Shown: positions 10,774-19,847, counted from the stretch's first letter. The stretch: DNA of 64,000 nt from Chryseobacterium gleum (GCA_945862415.1 CAMAYP010000002.1:294-64293), one strand, 5' to 3'. Numbers and translations: made by a program. Notes: generated by a model not told the origin, from the letters alone.

Positions 10774-12441
10774 ATGAAAATTTCATCGAATCCAGACACA
10801 CCGATTTCCATGCTCAAATGGTCGAGATACCTGTGTGTGCTGATATTCGTGATCAATGTAATCGTTCGAGGCTGGAGCAACGATCTAACTGCCATGAGTC
10901 GAGACGAGCCATTTACCTTATACTTTTCTCAATTATCGATTACTCAATTTGTTCCCATCATTCTCGATACGAATAATCCACCAACCTTTGAAATACTACT
11001 GCACATCTGGTCGCACTTATTTGGGAACAGCGAAAGCGCATTGCGATGGCTTCCAACACTCATAGTGAGTTTGGGGTCTATTCCTTTCTTTCTACTTGGA
11101 AAGAGAATCGATGGCGCAACAGGCGCAATAGCCTCATCAGCACTTTACTTGGGATCAAGTCTATTAATGAACTTCTCACACCTTGACCGCGCATATTGTT
11201 TGTTGGTTGTAGGTTCATTGTACATGGTGTATTTCTTCTTCAAGACTTACGAGGAAAAGAAAATTATTTACCCGGCACTGTGGGCGCTTGCGGCGCTAGT
11301 TACCTGCTCCTCGCATTACTTCGGCTGGCTGATGGTTGTTACACTATGGGTATGCCTCCTATCCATTGCAAACTTCCGCGGCAAGATTGGCCGAAAAATG
11401 GCTTTTACAACTGCAATCCTTTTGGTCTGCTACTCGCCTTTAGGCTTTTACTTAATGAAACGTTTCATAACTACGCATCAAGAAGGCACGCCTGTTTATG
11501 AATCGTACCAAATTCCAGTATTCAAACATTTGGTTGATCAATACTTAAATGCCTCATTTATCACCACCCTTCTTTCCATCCTCGGGTTGCTAGTTTCTTG
11601 GCGTGCACTTGAGAAAAAAAACTTCGTCGGTGGCATAGCGGGAATGCTGCTTTGCATGCTGCTACTTGTAGCACAAAACGATTTCTCCGCATCAGAGTAT
11701 TCTACGTTGAACCTAATTATGGTTTTGACGCTGTTTGCATCTGCACTAGCAATGATGCTTTTTTTTGCTCGAGGCCGGCAATCGGTTTATGAAAAGACAA
11801 TAGCCCTTTGGGTGCTCATACCGCTTGTGGGAAGTTATTTTCTTTCGATGAGAATTCAGATTTTCACCGACCGCTATTTAAGCTTTGTAATGGCCGGCCT
11901 TCTGCTTTGTATTACAATGCTCGTTAAGCTCATAGCAACACGAGCATTAAAGTATGCTGCGATCACCCTATTGATGGCGATTTACTTTTTTCATTTTGAG
12001 TACACGCCTTCCTACAATGCAGAAAATCGAATTGCAGTGCAAACCTTTGCGGATTATCACACCAAATCGGATCTTAGTATTGTTGGTCCTGGTTATTATG
12101 ACGTAGACTTCACCTACTATTTCGATCGAACCATATTTTACAATGGCACATATCATATGCAGGACACTCTGGGAGAAAAACTCGTGAGTGAGTCGGGATA
12201 TACGCGTTTCAAAGAAGGGCTTCGAAGAGAATTACTTCGAAACAGAATTGTGATATCTCACGATAGTTCCAACTTAGATATTGACACCACAAGCATACGG
12301 TCAATCACTTACTATGATGGCAATACCAGCCTCGCTTATCCGCAAAACGGAATCATTGCATATTTGAGAGAACGTTACGGAGAGCCGAAAGAAAGCAGGT
12401 CTTTCTCGGGCATTTATTCCGTGTATCGTTTTTCGCGGTAA
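10774..12441 (+). CDS. GT-C fold glycosyltransferase (family 39 / ArnT-PMT-like) integral membrane protein
   Basis: The start was moved to the ATG at 10774. The protein has about 11-12 TM helices. The first loop contains SRDEPFTLYF (a GT-C type acidic motif). A C-terminal soluble domain of about 130 aa follows. Confidence 0.6.
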   Translation: MKISSNPDTPISMLKWSRYLCVLIFVINVIVRGWSNDLTAMSRDEPFTLYFSQLSITQFVPIILDTNNPPTFEILLHIWSHLFGNSESALRWLPTLIVSLGSIPFFLLGKRIDGATGAIASSALYLGSSLLMNFSHLDRAYCLLVVGSLYMVYFFFKTYEEKKIIYPALWALAALVTCSSHYFGWLMVVTLWVCLLSIANFRGKIGRKMAFTTAILLVCYSPLGFYLMKRFITTHQEGTPVYESYQIPVFKHLVDQYLNASFITTLLSILGLLVSWRALEKKNFVGGIAGMLLCMLLLVAQNDFSASEYSTLNLIMVLTLFASALAMMLFFARGRQSVYEKTIALWVLIPLVGSYFLSMRIQIFTDRYLSFVMAGLLLCITMLVKLIATRALKYAAITLLMAIYFFHFEYTPSYNAENRIAVQTFADYHTKSDLSIVGPGYYDVDFTYYFDRTIFYNGTYHMQDTLGEKLVSESGYTRFKEGLRRELLRNRIVISHDSSNLDIDTTSIRSITYYDGNTSLAYPQNGIIAYLRERYGEPKESRSFSGIYSVYRFSR

Positions 12442-12484
12442 CGGCTTTAGAAAATCAGGACTCCGCTCACCGGCTATTTACTTA

Positions 12485-13318
12485 CTAAGAAAATTCCCAA
12501 TAGCTTATGGTTTTCGCTCCAAACTTTTCGTTGAAACGCGCAACACCAGGGTTGGAAGAGCCCATAAAGTTCACACGCGTTAGTGATTCTGAATTACGAA
12601 ATTGCGTGAACAAATGATTAAGCAGCCAAGGCATCGGTTCATGGGATCGAAGTTGAGCGTTGACTACATTTTGAATGAGATATATGCGATTGCGACTGTG
12701 AATGAAGAACTGCATAGCAGCGAATTCGTTGTTAATGCGCACACCGCATATGGCGCCTCTGCCAAGCGAGGAAGCTACTTCCCATAGATGCTGCATTGTT
12801 TGCTGTTGGATATTGGGCCAAGGGTAAGGGTGATTGCGGCGCATGCACTCTTGGAACTCAGTCCATCCCACTTGATGAACCCACGCAGGGTTAAATTTCT
12901 CTGCTTTGCGCAGATTCTTTGCGAGCTCCTGGGATGGCAGCCAAAGCTGGGATAGCTCCAATAGTTGAACCTTCTTTTCTATGCATTTTTTTCCCCCGAA
13001 TTGTAAATGCAATTTTTTGATGCCCCTAAATTGAGAGAGCTCTTCACGGATTTTTGCTTCATCTCCCTGAATCCACTTCACATACAAAGGAGTTTTGAGG
13101 GTTGGAAAAACCACAAACTTATGCTGAACAGGCCAAGGAATGACAGCTTCATAATTGCCCAACACCCAGCCTTTCCACGATTTACACACTGCATTCCAAT
13201 ACCACGCTTCCGAAAACAACTCGCCATCTTGACGTTCGACGCAGGCATCCCATAGCGCAGCGTCAATTTTTTTATGCGGAAGAAGTTTCCATTCAGGCTT
13301 CATCAATGTAATCGGCAT
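12485..13318 (-). CDS. FemAB/GNAT-fold (BioF2-like) acyl- or aminoacyl-transferase-like protein
   Basis: The C-terminal segment FMGSSNPGVARFNEKFGA resembles the G-x-x-x-F-K-x-x-F-G motif of FemABX-type transferases. I recognised nothing else. Confidence 0.35.
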   Translation of the reverse strand: MPITLMKPEWKLLPHKKIDAALWDACVERQDGELFSEAWYWNAVCKSWKGWVLGNYEAVIPWPVQHKFVVFPTLKTPLYVKWIQGDEAKIREELSQFRGIKKLHLQFGGKKCIEKKVQLLELSQLWLPSQELAKNLRKAEKFNPAWVHQVGWTEFQECMRRNHPYPWPNIQQQTMQHLWEVASSLGRGAICGVRINNEFAAMQFFIHSRNRIYLIQNVVNAQLRSHEPMPWLLNHLFTQFRNSESLTRVNFMGSSNPGVARFNEKFGAKTISYWEFS

Positions 13319-13373
13319 GGCACAAAACTAACGCTCCAAGCGCCAGCCTGCTGAAATTCAACTGAAATGCCCT

Positions 13374-13973
13374 TCAGAAACCAAAACCAAACCCTGTAGC
13401 CACGAGCAGACCTCCGGGGGCCATCATTTTCATGGCTGTTTTTGACACATCGGAAAGAGTTTCGCCGGAGGTTACGTTATAGCTAATGCCAGTAATAGGA
13501 AACGAATATCCAACCTGGAAAAAGAAGCGATGGTGATCCTTTATGGCAATGGCTCGATACCACGATAATTGGAAGTTTGTTTGTGCTCCCAATTCCAAGG
13601 TAACATTTTTGGACATGTCGTTGGATAACTCCAGCTCTGTCTCCATTTCGGGTAAGCCACTGGCATACGCAATTCCAGCAGCAACGGCAGAACCCCTTTG
13701 CATACAACCGGAATAGAAGTAGCGAACCTCGCCTGCACTTTTAAAACCCCACGAACCCAAACCACCTGAAACAGAGCCTTGAACTTTATCGATGAGTTTG
13801 AAGTCGACACCTACGCCAACAAGTCCGTAATTCGAATTCAATCCGGTGCCAAGTGTAATAAAAGTGGCTTCGCAAACCGGAATGACATCGGTGTTTTCCG
13901 ACGAAACCTGCGCGCTCGCTATGCCATCCAATATGGTTAGGCAAGCAGTAATCACAAGTTGAATTGTTTTCAT
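13374..13973 (-). CDS. Small outer-membrane beta-barrel-like protein
   Basis: The start was moved to MKTIQLVITACLTILDGIASAQ (signal peptide, ATG at 13973). The sequence is Gly/aromatic-rich with an alternating pattern and ends in GFGFGF. Confidence 0.5.
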   Translation of the reverse strand: MKTIQLVITACLTILDGIASAQVSSENTDVIPVCEATFITLGTGLNSNYGLVGVGVDFKLIDKVQGSVSGGLGSWGFKSAGEVRYFYSGCMQRGSAVAAGIAYASGLPEMETELELSNDMSKNVTLELGAQTNFQLSWYRAIAIKDHHRFFFQVGYSFPITGISYNVTSGETLSDVSKTAMKMMAPGGLLVATGFGFGF

Positions 13974-14153
13974 TGTAGTTGGTTTAGACTTCAAACCTAT
14001 AGAGGCCATAACTCGCCATGATTGACCTTTTCGTTTCTTCCAAATGAGATTCATCAATCGCCTATGCATTCATAGCCGTTTATAACTTTAGGTATGTGAA
14101 TCATTATTCGCATAGCGCATTCTGTACTTTCATAGTATTAAAACCTTATCATC

Positions 14154-14522
14154 ATGAACAACTTCATAATCTTCGTTACCTTGAGTTTACTATCATTAAA
14201 CATCTGTGCTCAAACAACATTTGAAACACAAATGGAAGTTACAGGCTACCTAGAAGGGCGCTCATACTTCAATAGCTCTTCGGGTATGGAAATTAGCTAC
14301 GGCTATGTTTCGTCCATGAACACTTACGGAATTAAGATTAAGAACAAATACGATGCGGAGTTCGCATTTATCAATTGCGATATTACGTGTTATGGTAGAT
14401 ACGCGGACATTTATGGAATGAGCGCGGAAACGGGCAGTAATTTCGGATTCAGATTGTTTGATGACAAAATCGTAGTGGGTTATGGAGAGCCTGACGCTTC
14501 CACTTATTACGAGAAGAAATAA
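14154..14522 (+). CDS. Hypothetical small secreted protein
   Basis: There is a signal peptide, MNNFIIFVTLSLLSLNICAQ. No family was recognised. Local GC is lower, about 40% in a hand-counted 60-nt line. Confidence 0.5.
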   Translation: MNNFIIFVTLSLLSLNICAQTTFETQMEVTGYLEGRSYFNSSSGMEISYGYVSSMNTYGIKIKNKYDAEFAFINCDITCYGRYADIYGMSAETGSNFGFRLFDDKIVVGYGEPDASTYYEKK

Positions 14523-14528
14523 AAAAAG

Positions 14529-14600
14529 TAGCCCCGACGGGAATCGAACCCATATCAAAAGTTTAGGAAACTTCTATTCTATCCATTGAACTACGGGGCC
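14529..14600 (-). tRNA. tRNA-Arg (anticodon CCT)
   Basis: A 72-nt cloverleaf was folded by hand. The acceptor is GGCCCCG/CGGGGCT and the D stem is GTTC/GAAT. The anticodon stem is GAAGT/ACTTT with loop TTCCTAA. The T arm is ATGGG-TTCGATT-CCCGT. CCA is not encoded. Confidence 0.9.
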
Positions 14601-14869
14601 AAAAATGGGCTTGCGAATATACAATGTGTCGTTTGTTAATGCGTGAAAGACCTTGCCCCATCGAACGGCTCCATAGAATGACTTGGGAAACACTGCCGTT
14701 GGCATGCAAAAGGGCATAGAACGACCTTCCGTTGTGCTGATATCCATCAGTATCATTGGGATTGTTGAAATAAACAGGTCGATTTTTAAAACTTATTTCA
14801 GTAGCCCTCCGTAAGCGCTCCGAGTTGAGCGAACATTACCGCTTGATAAACTATCGACACCAGGTATCG

Positions 14870-15796
14870 ATGAATCACCCTAAAAACAAACAGAATATGT
14901 ACAGGAAGAACGCCTTCGGTTTCCTTTCGCTGCTATTGGGAATGAGCATTCTCGTGGCCTCATGCGGAGAGGGCTCAGACCAGAAAACCACGCAACCACC
15001 GGTTAAAGCACAGCTCGATTCGGCAGAAGTTGCTCGCATGAAAGAATTGGAAAAGATTTTCTTCTCCATTCCATCGCCCGTAGAAATGTCGTCGCTCATT
15101 AAGCAAAACGGCTATCAATTCGACCAGGGTAAACTCGTTGCTACAGCCAACGTAGATAAGTATACCGGTGAGTCGCGTCAAGCAGTCATGCTGGGTATTT
15201 ACGGTGCCGATTTGAGCTACACAGCCATATTCGATCAGAAGCAATTGACGACCGAGTACTTTGCTGCAGCTCAAAAATTAGCGCGTCAAATGGATGCCGA
15301 TGGCACCATAACACCTGAGTTGCTTGAGCGTTTGGAGAAGAACCAGGCCAACCGTGACTCGATGTTGAACATCATCTCTGAGGCTTATTCTGATTTGAAT
15401 GGCTACCTGAAAGAGAAGGACCGTGTTGAAGTATCGGCTATGGTGGTAGCAGGCGGTTGGTTGGAAGCGCTCTATTTATCGACTCAGTATAGCGGCGACG
15501 GCAACTCTGCCATGCGTCAGCGCATTGCCGAGCAGAAGTATTCGTTGAACAATCTTATGGGCTACCTTGAAAAGTTCGGTGATACGCCATCCCTTCAGGA
15601 ATTAAAAACTGACTTGGGTCGTCTCCAAGACGCGTATGGCGCAGTAGCAGAAAACAAAGGAAAAACTTCTACGAGTAAAGATGAATCCGGCAAGATGGTC
15701 ATTGGCACAACAAGTACGATAACCATGGATGATGCAGCATTGAGCAAAATCGCAACCCTTGCCGGTGAAATCCGTACCAAATACACCGCTCTCTAA
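14870..15796 (+). CDS. Hypothetical lipoprotein, predicted all-alpha
   Basis: There is a lipobox, LLLGMSILVASC|GEG. Candidate start ATGs are 14870 and 14897; the ORF-track start at 14825 is a TTG. No family was recognised. Confidence 0.6.
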   Translation: MNHPKNKQNMYRKNAFGFLSLLLGMSILVASCGEGSDQKTTQPPVKAQLDSAEVARMKELEKIFFSIPSPVEMSSLIKQNGYQFDQGKLVATANVDKYTGESRQAVMLGIYGADLSYTAIFDQKQLTTEYFAAAQKLARQMDADGTITPELLERLEKNQANRDSMLNIISEAYSDLNGYLKEKDRVEVSAMVVAGGWLEALYLSTQYSGDGNSAMRQRIAEQKYSLNNLMGYLEKFGDTPSLQELKTDLGRLQDAYGAVAENKGKTSTSKDESGKMVIGTTSTITMDDAALSKIATLAGEIRTKYTAL

Positions 15797-15819
15797 CCCC
15801 ACCCTAAAACGAAGAGAAC

Positions 15820-16248
15820 ATGAAACTCATTAAAATACTTCTACCTCTGCTTTTGCTGATGCCATTGCTATCAGACGCGCAGTGCAGAGCTTTTACCAAG
15901 AACCAATGTCTGCCACAACTGGATGGTTATGTGCAGAATGACAACTACAACTCAGCCATGCTCATTCCGGGCGATGATGCTGAATTGTTGCTCACGTTTT
16001 ATGGCGGCAAAGAGTATCGCCTTGTTGTTTGTGCACACCCGATTCTGGGAAGCGTAGATTATGAAATCACGGATACTAACGGTGATTCAATTTACCGTGG
16101 CAACACCGCAGCCGGCAACAGTTTCGATTTCAAAATGGTAAACACCCAGCAATTGATTGTGAAGCTGCATGTGCCTGAGCAAAAATCATCCGTTTCGGTG
16201 CATGAAGGCTGTGTGTCTGTGCTTGTGGGTTCTAAGGAAGCCAATTAA
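15820..16248 (+). CDS. Hypothetical secreted 4-Cys protein
   Basis: There is a signal peptide, MKLIKILLPLLLLMPLLSDAQ. The gene starts 23 nt after the lipoprotein gene and is followed by a terminator. Confidence 0.6.
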   Translation: MKLIKILLPLLLLMPLLSDAQCRAFTKNQCLPQLDGYVQNDNYNSAMLIPGDDAELLLTFYGGKEYRLVVCAHPILGSVDYEITDTNGDSIYRGNTAAGNSFDFKMVNTQQLIVKLHVPEQKSSVSVHEGCVSVLVGSKEAN

Positions 16249-16282
16249 GATATTTTTCCTCGCTTAAACTGGAAATAAGCGC

Positions 16283-16316
16283 AATGCCGGAGGGATTAGT
16301 CCCTTCGGCATTTTGC
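16283..16316 (+). terminator. Rho-independent terminator
   Basis: TGCCGGAGGG pairs with CCCTTCGGCA (one G-U) around the loop ATTAGT, followed by TTTTGCATTTTT. Confidence 0.75.
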
Positions 16317-16320
16317 ATTT

Positions 16321-16390
16321 TTGAAGCCACGAATTCACGATTGGAGCCACGAATTCACGAATGAGACGCGAATGAGACGCGAATGACACA
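16321..16390. repeat. Intergenic tandem direct repeats: a 20-mer x2 followed by an 11-mer x2 plus a partial third copy
   Basis: TTGAAGCCACGAATTCACGA (16321-16340) and TTGGAGCCACGAATTCACGA (16341-16360) are 19/20 identical. ATGAGACGCGA occurs twice (16361-16382), followed by a degenerate copy, ATGACAC. Confidence 0.9.
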
Positions 16391-16533
16391 CAAATGGGTC
16401 ACGAATTGGAAATGGTTTCTATATCACGAATTCTCGGTATACCAATAGACTGCGATTATTATCAGGACACACAGAGGGTCTCTGTGCATAGGATTGTCTT
16501 ATTTTCGTTACGGTAATTTAAATCTGCTTTCAC

Positions 16534-19251
16534 GTGCGTTCAACCCTCCTTTTACTGGTGCTCATGCTACTCGCCTTTTCGGGCATGGCAACGCACAACC
16601 GCGCGGGCGAGATAACCTATGAGCATGTAAGCGGATTTACCTATCGTGTGCGTATCACCACGTACACAAAGCAAAGTGCCATCGCTGATCGCAACTCCTT
16701 GAAAATACGCTGGGGCGATGAAGGAACGAATGTTACAGAATCACAGCTCGACAGTTTGTTTCGCACCAATCAGGTACTGAACGTCGGCATCGACGTAAAG
16801 CGCAGCGAATACACAGGTCTTCACACATACAGTGGTGCAGGGACGTTTACTATTTCTGTGGAAGATCCCAATAGGAATGCCGGTGTTTTGAACATCAACA
16901 ACGGCGACCCAGGTACACCGGAGGCCGAGAAAACATCTACGTCCGTGATGGCAGTTTTTGCAATTCGCTCTGTATTGGTAATTCGCCCCGGCAACAATGG
17001 CCACAACAATTCCATAAAGTTTTTGAACCCCCCATTACAAGACGCTTGCATATACCAGCCGTGGATTCATAACCCCGTTGCATACGATTCACTGGAAGGG
17101 GATCAATTGGTTTATTCATTGGTTTCGTGCCTGGGACTCAACGCCGAGCCGCTCGACACTTGGGAGTCGCCCACGGAGTATACCGATGACCCGAACGACA
17201 TATTCTCGATAAATGCAGAGAATGGAGATATCACGTGGGATACACCGCTTGTTGCAGGTGAATACAATGTGGCCTTCGAGGTGAGAGAATATCGCAATGG
17301 CCTTTTCGTTGGATCTGTTGAGCGCGATATGCAGATAACCGTAGTGACTTGCTCGAACGTGCCACCTGTAATTAATGAGCTTCCCGACTATTGCATTGGT
17401 GCTGGTGAGCTGCTCCAATTCCAGGTGAGTTACACCGACGAAAATGCAAGTGCTTTTCTAGTGAATGTGGATGCGCTGGGCGGGCCAATGACCGATGTTG
17501 AGCACGTAGCTTTTTACGATGATGTATCGCGTTTTTTCACTTGGAATCCGCAGTGCGCCGAAGTGCGTGCTGAACCTTACTTCGTTTCGTTTTTAGCAAC
17601 CGACCAAGGAAACATTCCACTGACCGACGTCGAAACAGTGAGCATTCAAGTGGTTGCTCCGGCAGTTGAAAATCCGCAGGCGGAGGCGGTTGGTAACCAA
17701 ATGAACCTCTCCTGGAATTTAACTCCCTGCTACAATGCATTTGATTCGGGTGAGCTCGACGAAGTGCGTTACCTCGTTTATAGAAGAAACGGACTTTTTG
17801 GTTTCGAACCCGACAATTGTGAGTTGGGAGTGCCGGAGTATACCGGTTATAGCTTCATTGGAGAGTCAGAAGGTGCGGGTAATAATTCGTACACTGACAC
17901 CAGTGTTTTCTATGGAGGCATTTACTGCTATATGGTTGTAACCGTTTGGCCCGATGGCGCCATTAGCTACGCCAGCGAAGAGTTTTGCGACACGGTAAAC
18001 AAGGAAGTACCCGTGTTGACCAAGGTGAGTATTGGTGTTACCGATGTTCTTTTGGGTGTCGACACAGTGCATTGGTCGAAGCCGTCCGACCTCGACACCA
18101 CGCTGTTTCCTGGGCCATACATATACCGCTTGTTCTATTCAAACGAAGGCAATAACGTGGACAGTTTGCTCTTCACTACAGAGCCGTTTGCACTGTTAGC
18201 CGAAGGCGACACCACCTTTATTCACTCAGAGATAAATACAGTTTCAAATGCTCATCGTTATCGCGTAGAAATTGGATCGACATCCATAGAGTTGGACGCA
18301 ACCTCCGCTATTGCCGCTTCCATGTTGCTTCAGTTAATACCGGGCGACAACCAGATGACGTTGAACATGGGTGCTTCTGTGCCCTGGACGAACTATGCGT
18401 TTCGCATCTTCAGAAAAGACCCCGGGTCCACTGACTATGTAGAAATAGACACTGCACTTACTGTAACTTACCTTGATACCGGCTTGGTAAACAACCAACC
18501 CTATTGCTACAAAGTGTTAGCATTGGGTTCATACTACGCGGCCGATGTGCCCGACCCGCTCTTCAACTGGAGTCAGGAAGTTTGCGCTCAGCCCTACGAC
18601 CTGACACCACCTTGCCCGCCCACGCTGACGATGGCAGACGACTGCATAGAAGCAATAACAACGCTGCACTGGAGCAATGTTAGCGGATGCGCCGACGATA
18701 TTGAAGGGTACGTTGTGTATTATGCGCCCACGCTTTCAGATTCGCTTATTTTACTTACGACGCTCTACGGAGCAGATGACACAACATTTGTTTTCGATGG
18801 AGCCGAGCGCAACAATCCGACGAGCATAGCCGGATGCTATGCCATCGCGGCATTTGATTCATTGAACCTATGGCCAGACGGAAACCTGTATCGCAATGTC
18901 AGTTCATTTTCGAACATCATCTGTATCGACAATTGTCCGGAATACACCCTGCCGAATATTTTCTCACCCAATGGTGACGCGTTGAATGATGTGCTTGAAC
19001 CATTCCCCTATCGCTATGTTGACCGCATTTCCATGACTATTTACAATCGCTGGGGAGAACCCGTTTTCGAAACAGAAGACCCTTCCATTCAATGGGATGG
19101 AAAACACCGAGATTCGGGTAAGGTCTGCACAGATGGGGCGTATTATTACGTCATTCGTGTCGACTTCATTCGACTTACCGGCATTGAATCAACATCTTAC
19201 AGCGGCAATTTGCGCATCATTGGCGGAGAAACCTCACCGCAAAATAATTGA
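16534..19251 (+). CDS. Large secreted protein with a T9SS type-B C-terminal sorting domain (gliding-motility-associated CTD)
   Basis: GTG start with signal peptide MRSTLLLLVLMLLAFSGMA. The N-terminus carries THNRAGEITY. The C-terminus reads LPNIFSPNGDALNDVLEPF...MTIYNRWGEPVFE...WDGK...DGAYYYVI.... Confidence 0.8.
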   Translation: MRSTLLLLVLMLLAFSGMATHNRAGEITYEHVSGFTYRVRITTYTKQSAIADRNSLKIRWGDEGTNVTESQLDSLFRTNQVLNVGIDVKRSEYTGLHTYSGAGTFTISVEDPNRNAGVLNINNGDPGTPEAEKTSTSVMAVFAIRSVLVIRPGNNGHNNSIKFLNPPLQDACIYQPWIHNPVAYDSLEGDQLVYSLVSCLGLNAEPLDTWESPTEYTDDPNDIFSINAENGDITWDTPLVAGEYNVAFEVREYRNGLFVGSVERDMQITVVTCSNVPPVINELPDYCIGAGELLQFQVSYTDENASAFLVNVDALGGPMTDVEHVAFYDDVSRFFTWNPQCAEVRAEPYFVSFLATDQGNIPLTDVETVSIQVVAPAVENPQAEAVGNQMNLSWNLTPCYNAFDSGELDEVRYLVYRRNGLFGFEPDNCELGVPEYTGYSFIGESEGAGNNSYTDTSVFYGGIYCYMVVTVWPDGAISYASEEFCDTVNKEVPVLTKVSIGVTDVLLGVDTVHWSKPSDLDTTLFPGPYIYRLFYSNEGNNVDSLLFTTEPFALLAEGDTTFIHSEINTVSNAHRYRVEIGSTSIELDATSAIAASMLLQLIPGDNQMTLNMGASVPWTNYAFRIFRKDPGSTDYVEIDTALTVTYLDTGLVNNQPYCYKVLALGSYYAADVPDPLFNWSQEVCAQPYDLTPPCPPTLTMADDCIEAITTLHWSNVSGCADDIEGYVVYYAPTLSDSLILLTTLYGADDTTFVFDGAERNNPTSIAGCYAIAAFDSLNLWPDGNLYRNVSSFSNIICIDNCPEYTLPNIFSPNGDALNDVLEPFPYRYVDRISMTIYNRWGEPVFETEDPSIQWDGKHRDSGKVCTDGAYYYVIRVDFIRLTGIESTSYSGNLRIIGGETSPQNN

Positions 19252-19253
19252 GT

Positions 19254-19847
19254 ATGTTTTCAGGAATTGTAGAATCAACAGGCAGTGTGGTGCGCATCGA
19301 GCACGAACAATCGAACGTACATTTTACGCTGCGCGCTCCGTTTGCGCATGAACTGGCCATCGATCAAAGTGTAGCACACAATGGAGTATGCCTTACCGTT
19401 GTGGCCTTAGACAATGACACATATAAGGTAACAGCGATTGCCGAAACATTGCAGCGAACCAACCTAGGAGAATGGGAAGTGGGCAGTGAGGTGAACCTGG
19501 AACGTTGCCTGCGACTTTCAGACCGCATCGATGGTCATATGGTGCAAGGGCACGTAGACACAACGGCCACCTGCACATCAGTTGAAGAAACAGGAGGTTC
19601 ATGGAAATACCATTTTCAATACGAACATAGACCGGAGTGGACCACCGTGCCGAAAGGAAGCATCTGTGTGAACGGTGTTAGCCTAACGGTTGTTGATTCG
19701 GACAAGGGCAGTTTTTCGGTGTGCATTATACCTTACACATACGAGAACACCAATTTCAGACAACTAAAGAATGGTCAGCATGTAAACCTGGAGTTCGACA
19801 TTATAGGCAAGTATGTTATGCGGTACATGGCTATTAATAACTTATAA
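19254..19847 (+). CDS. ribE: Riboflavin synthase (alpha chain)
   Basis: The ATG at 19254 gives MFSGIVESTGSV. Duplicated lumazine-binding repeats are present (NGVCLTV and NGVSLTV). The gene starts 2 nt after the preceding stop. Confidence 0.9.
   Translation: MFSGIVESTGSVVRIEHEQSNVHFTLRAPFAHELAIDQSVAHNGVCLTVVALDNDTYKVTAIAETLQRTNLGEWEVGSEVNLERCLRLSDRIDGHMVQGHVDTTATCTSVEETGGSWKYHFQYEHRPEWTTVPKGSICVNGVSLTVVDSDKGSFSVCIIPYTYENTNFRQLKNGQHVNLEFDIIGKYVMRYMAINNL

Noticed and set aside
10699-14600. A genomic island integrated at tRNA-Arg, covering the GT-C gene through the small secreted ORF.
   Set aside because: There is no integrase, transposase or phage gene. I spotted no repeat of the tRNA 3' end. 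GC is not uniformly low: the FemAB-like gene has about 57% GC in one sampled line. I kept only a low-interest note.
14574-14756. A 60-aa minus-strand ORF overlapping the tRNA-Arg gene.
   Set aside because: It overlaps a well-folded tRNA and has no start context or motifs.
16321-16440. Possible CRISPR array or miniature transposable element, suggested by the clustered direct repeats.
   Set aside because: The repeat units are only 7-20 nt and directly abut one another, with no spacer-sized unique segments. I found no cas genes and no terminal inverted repeats. A tandem-duplication or binding-site array is the better description.
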